Source: Candidatus Heimdallarchaeota archaeon (GTDB lineage Archaea; Asgardarchaeota; Wukongarchaeia; Wukongarchaeales; JBHIFL01). From it: a DNA stretch of 10,395 bases. The position numbers were made by a program, and so were the translations under genes. The stretch spans positions 1-10,395 of the forward strand of contig JBHIFL010000116.1 of assembly GCA_046761065.1 (NCBI GenBank), given 5' to 3'. Positions 6,852-10,395 of the stretch are shown piece after piece (the stretch's first letter is position 1; the number at the start of each line of letters is the position of its first letter). Below the pieces are notes generated by a model, which worked only from the letters and a program-made list of their open reading frames with translations, did not search any database and was not told the DNA's origin.

Positions 6852-9848
6852 ATGAAACACTTAAAGCAACGCATTAGAACGGCAAAACGTAATATAGGTG
6901 CAAAGATACTCTTGTTGATGGTAATTTTGTTCGTACCTTCAACTTCTGTAGCTCCACACCATTTAACTCTACCCACAAATCAGTTACTGCCGTCTATACA
7001 TCCTGACTCATTACAAATACTCAAATCAAAAGAGAAATGGCAGCAAGAGCCTTCAATAATTGAACTCACTAAATTAACTGACCACCAATCGAGCATAAAC
7101 ATGGAGAAAGTTGAAATAAATGTATCGACTCATAAAAGCCCGGCGTTTGATGGGTACAATATATTTATTCTTGATGAAGAGGAGCGAACCCCACCTGACT
7201 TCACTTTAAATGTTTACCGTTCATTGATTGTAACTAACATGGAAGGAGAACTCATTAAAGAAAATGATCTTATATCATTCCCACAGAACACTTGGGTTTT
7301 ACATGTTGAATTCCTTAACTCAACTACCCTCTTATATGGAACACAAAAGGGTGCTGCCTTATGGGATATCTACAAAAAAACAGAAGTTGACCTCGGTTGG
7401 GGTTATCATGGAATTTCACACCACGAATATGAATATAACCCCATCAACAATACGTTTTTTACCTTCCGAGCTTATATTACTGAAATTAACGGAACAAACT
7501 ATGAATTTGACATGATTGAGGAATATACTCCCACAGGTCAGTTAATTTGGTCCCTAGACACCCATTCATTCATCTCTCATACACAATGGTGTCCTTTTCG
7601 TGATACGCATAAAAACGATAAATATAGTGGTCCTGTTGCAGACCTGTTGCATTCTAACTCCCTCTTTTTTGACGTTGAAGAAGACGTTCTATATTATCAT
7701 GCTCGCAATCTTAACACCTTCTACAAGATCGATCACAAAACAGGACAGGTCCTCTGGGGATTGGGCGAGTATGGTAACTTCACTTTATTTGATCGGCACG
7801 GAAATCCGCGGAAAAACCTCTTCTATCACGCGCACGCCGTCGAGAAGGTAGATGACAACACCTTCCTCCTGTTTGACAATGACTATCATAATCAGACCAA
7901 CCCAAATAGTAAAAGTTCCCGCATTCTGGAGTTACAAATCAATGAAACGACCATGACGGCCAACGAATCTTGGGTATGGACTGCCCCCCCAGACTACTAT
8001 AGTTTAATCTATGGAGATGCAGATAGACTACCGAATGGTAATCGTCTTGGGACTTTCGGATCAGGGTTGCATTACTATGACGATAAGGATCTCATAGGGC
8101 CTAGATTAGTTGAAGTGAGTGATGATGGTCAAATCATGTGGGAGTTAAATATTGCTAACCCCGGAAATAATTCTGTTTTCAATGTGTATCGAATGGAACG
8201 CTTTCGCTTATCCCCTATTCTCAACTCCCCCCCTGATATATTAGCGCTTTCGCAGGATAACGTGACGGTTAGTTGGCAAACTTGGTACAACTTTCGTGCT
8301 AAGAGGCGGATGAATGGATTTTATACACTTTATCTCGACGGGAACCCGATTGAAACTGGTACGCATGTGTTTGACAAGTTTTGGCGTCCTACCAACCTAA
8401 CCGCCAACCTAGGCAATCTGAAATCCGGTGATTACAACCTTACGTTAGCACTTGCTGATGAAGCGGGACACCTATCAACGGATAGTTTGAATGTTTCTAT
8501 AGTCCCATTCTACCTTAACCGTGAAGGTCCACAAACAATTTACCTTGGGCAGGAGAACGCTTTCATCCAGTGGAAAGGACGCACATCGAAACCGTTATTG
8601 GCAACCATTAACAGAAACAATACCCAGTTAACTTCTTTTATATGGAATGGGTCAGTCATATCCCTTGATCTGAATTCATTTGAACCAGGCACATATTTTG
8701 TAACATTAAACCTTTTTGACAACACAAAACACGTCTATAATGATGGATTCTTGGTAACGATCTATCCCGTATCCACCCCAACCATCTTGTCATTTCCTGT
8801 AGATCAGTCTATCATATGGAATGAGTCACGCGTCCTCTCTTGGGAACTTTTTACTCCTTATCAAGCATATTGGAATATTTTTATCAACGACTCTCTCACT
8901 ACCAGTGGTTCGTGGGATAACTTGAGCCACATACTAACTTGGAACGTCCCGATACTGGACGAGGGGCGCTATAATATCACTCTCACAGTATTTAATCGCT
9001 TCGGCCATTCAAACTCTAGAACAACATGGCTTACAGTGATCTCTCCGACTCCTCCAGTTATTGCTACCACACCCCATCAAACTGAGATCCAATGGGGACA
9101 AAAGAATACTTCCTTACGATGGGAAATTCACGGCGGAACTCACTGGGTGCTGTGGAAAAATGGAACCGAAGCCGATAGTGGAGCAGTTACAAGCACCCAG
9201 ATTGAGGTGCGGATAGAGAACTGGCAGCGAGACTGGCATCCGGGCACATACAATCTAACTATCCAAGTAACCAATGAGGACGGTGTGACTGTGACTAACA
9301 CTATTAGGATCCGGATTTGGGTTAATCTAGGGGATGCCTATGCTGATTCTATTGTACGTGGATTTTCCATGTGGTATTGGGACGGAGAAAACGCCCTTGG
9401 TCCACCCGATGGCAAATTTACTCGCTTATATTACGGTTACGGGAATGGTCATGTGACCCTCGATATGGGACTGGACGAGGAGATCCGTGATGGAAAGGGT
9501 GTTGATTTTATGGTGTATGCGCGCAAGGGCAGCTACGCGGTGTTTGTCGGAAACAACTTGTCTGCTCCTCTGCTCATTGGGAACCAGACACCGCCTCCAT
9601 TAACGTTACTGGGAGAGGGATTTGGCAATACAAGCTTTGATCTGGCAAGTGCTGACTTAGTTCAGGCCCGGTACATTCAGGTTGTCTATATTGCGGGCGA
9701 AGAGGTAGAGTTAGATGCGGTGATGGCCGTATACTTTAACCAACCGCCAAAGCCTGCATCAAATTTGGATCGCTGGAGGATCCCAGTATTCGGGGGCGTA
9801 CTCGCTCTCTTCGCAATAGTCATCCTTTGGGTTCGAAAAAGAAAGTGA
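6852..9848 (+). CDS. Large surface-anchored ASST-family protein: signal peptide, beta-propeller, four Ig-like domains, probable jelly-roll (carbohydrate-binding-like) domain, TM anchor
   Basis: 998 aa. Motifs SHHEYEYNP, DLLHSNSL, HARNLN, FYHAHAV, LFDNDYHN, YGDADRLPNGNRLG, VYRMERF. Four Ig-like units, each ending near G(D/T/R)Y(N/F)(L/V/I)T, at about 8211-9325. NALGPPDG...DGKGVDF...FDL...ARYIQV...LDAV domain at about 9333-9737. TM plus RKRK at the end. Confidence 0.9.
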   Translation: MKHLKQRIRTAKRNIGAKILLLMVILFVPSTSVAPHHLTLPTNQLLPSIHPDSLQILKSKEKWQQEPSIIELTKLTDHQSSINMEKVEINVSTHKSPAFDGYNIFILDEEERTPPDFTLNVYRSLIVTNMEGELIKENDLISFPQNTWVLHVEFLNSTTLLYGTQKGAALWDIYKKTEVDLGWGYHGISHHEYEYNPINNTFFTFRAYITEINGTNYEFDMIEEYTPTGQLIWSLDTHSFISHTQWCPFRDTHKNDKYSGPVADLLHSNSLFFDVEEDVLYYHARNLNTFYKIDHKTGQVLWGLGEYGNFTLFDRHGNPRKNLFYHAHAVEKVDDNTFLLFDNDYHNQTNPNSKSSRILELQINETTMTANESWVWTAPPDYYSLIYGDADRLPNGNRLGTFGSGLHYYDDKDLIGPRLVEVSDDGQIMWELNIANPGNNSVFNVYRMERFRLSPILNSPPDILALSQDNVTVSWQTWYNFRAKRRMNGFYTLYLDGNPIETGTHVFDKFWRPTNLTANLGNLKSGDYNLTLALADEAGHLSTDSLNVSIVPFYLNREGPQTIYLGQENAFIQWKGRTSKPLLATINRNNTQLTSFIWNGSVISLDLNSFEPGTYFVTLNLFDNTKHVYNDGFLVTIYPVSTPTILSFPVDQSIIWNESRVLSWELFTPYQAYWNIFINDSLTTSGSWDNLSHILTWNVPILDEGRYNITLTVFNRFGHSNSRTTWLTVISPTPPVIATTPHQTEIQWGQKNTSLRWEIHGGTHWVLWKNGTEADSGAVTSTQIEVRIENWQRDWHPGTYNLTIQVTNEDGVTVTNTIRIRIWVNLGDAYADSIVRGFSMWYWDGENALGPPDGKFTRLYYGYGNGHVTLDMGLDEEIRDGKGVDFMVYARKGSYAVFVGNNLSAPLLIGNQTPPPLTLLGEGFGNTSFDLASADLVQARYIQVVYIAGEEVELDAVMAVYFNQPPKPASNLDRWRIPVFGGVLALFAIVILWVRKRK

Positions 9849-9868
9849 GGAGCCTGAAATATCACTGA

Positions 9869-10015
9869 GTCCTATGGGGATTGGGGGAGTGCAGCAACTT
9901 CACCCTGTTTGATCGGCACGGGAACTCGCGGGAAACCCGCTTCTATCATCCGCACAGCCTCGAGAAGGGGATGATAACACCTTCGTCTTGTTAGACAATG
10001 ACTTCATAATCAGAC
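9869..10015 (+). pseudogene. Degenerate 147-bp fragment of an ASST gene, homologous to 7749..7897
   Basis: Hand alignment gives 122 of 149 positions identical (about 82%) with two 1-nt deletions. It reads VLWGLGECSNFTLFDRHGNSRETRFYHPHSLEK/DDNTFVLLDND/HNQT versus VLWGLGEYGNFTLFDRHGNPRKNLFYHAHAVEKVDDNTFLLFDNDYHNQT. No start codon. Confidence 0.9.
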
Positions 10016-10149
10016 ATTGTCAAACTATTGGTAATAAACAAGTTTATTTCGGACCGGATTCCTCATTCTCTGGGAAAATAAATGGTGTAGAAAGTTTACC
10101 AAGGCCTTTTGTATGTCCTACGATTGGTTAAGAAGTAGGGTACAGATGA

Positions 10150-10175
10150 TCTGAAAGTCTTAACAATCTTTCAGA
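10150..10175. other. 8-bp inverted repeat between convergent genes (possible terminator hairpin or binding site)
   Basis: TCTGAAAG-N10-CTTTCAGA. Confidence 0.25.
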
Positions 10176-10270
10176 GGTTATGTGGGCATTCTTGTGGCGT
10201 GAAGCTTCTTCTTTGATAAAAGTTGTTTTATAAAAAGTGGTGTTAATTGGTAAGAAATAGGAATTGGTAC

Positions 10271-10395
10271 TCAAGTTTTTGGATTTCTTGAGAGTCTTCG
10301 CTTTGTCAGTATGATGATTATCACCGATAATACAATAAACCTTGATAAAATCGGAGCGAGTGGAATCTCTGATGTGAGTGGAACCTCTGATGTGA
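10271..10395 (-). CDS. 3' end of a membrane-anchored protein (partial, enters from the right edge)
   Basis: Minus strand reads ...TSEVPLTSEIPLAPILSRFIVLSVIIIILTKRRLSRNPKT*, with TGA at 10271-10273: linker, hydrophobic helix and basic tail like the other anchors here. Confidence 0.65.
   Translation of the reverse strand, partial: TSEVPLTSEIPLAPILSRFIVLSVIIIILTKRRLSRNPKT
10358..10395. repeat. 18-bp tandem repeat (at least 2 units, truncated by the window edge) encoding TSE(V/I)PL
   Basis: GAGTGGAATCTCTGATGT GAGTGGAACCTCTGATGT GA. Confidence 0.75.

Noticed and set aside
1667-8725. Other short track ORFs (1667..1852, 1723..1935, 1877..2092, 2029..2331, 2436..2690, 3934..4233, 4588..4818, 5441..5641, 5964..6191, 6290..6619, 7264..7515, 7600..7851, 8540..8725)
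   Set aside because: All overlap long, motif-supported genes and show no recognisable protein features.
9846-9870. TGA read-through joining the large ASST to the downstream fragment
   Set aside because: A second in-frame TGA follows after two sense codons, the fragment is in a different frame, and the protein already ends in a TM-RKRK anchor.
7749-10015. Diversity-generating retroelement VR/TR pair (7749-7897 versus 9869-10015)
   Set aside because: Mismatches are not adenine-specific (many C/T and G/C changes), there are indels, the target is mid-gene, and no reverse transcriptase is in the window.
10358-10395. CRISPR array start
   Set aside because: The 18-bp units are directly adjacent with no spacers and are in frame within a coding linker.
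1-10395. Gene symbol assT, and mobile-element or RNA-gene calls
   Set aside because: The proteins are distant family members with altered motifs, so orthology is not established. No transposase, integrase, tRNA or rRNA signature was seen.

Overview
This window is an archaeal-type cell-surface locus. Its Ig-like repeats, PGF-type C-terminal anchors and many N-glycosylation sequons suggest an Asgard archaeon (Heimdall/Hod/Thor-like), which is an inference. It holds four intact membrane-anchored aryl-sulfate sulfotransferase (ASST/AssT-like, PAPS-independent) beta-propeller genes in two subfamilies. Three lie on the minus strand (1..1680, 1716..3155, 3330..4739) and one on the plus strand (6852..9848). 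The 1..1680 gene is missing from the supplied ORF track. Between them, divergent from the minus-strand genes, is a membrane-spanning one-component regulator (5160..6743): TM, two tandem extracellular repeats with DxDGD motifs, TM, cytoplasmic MarR-type winged helix. A 147-bp frameshifted copy of the ASST active-site segment lies just after the last gene. The 3' end of another membrane-anchored protein enters from the right edge. Best candidate system: an extracellular sulfuryl-transfer array controlled by a receptor-like transmembrane transcription factor.
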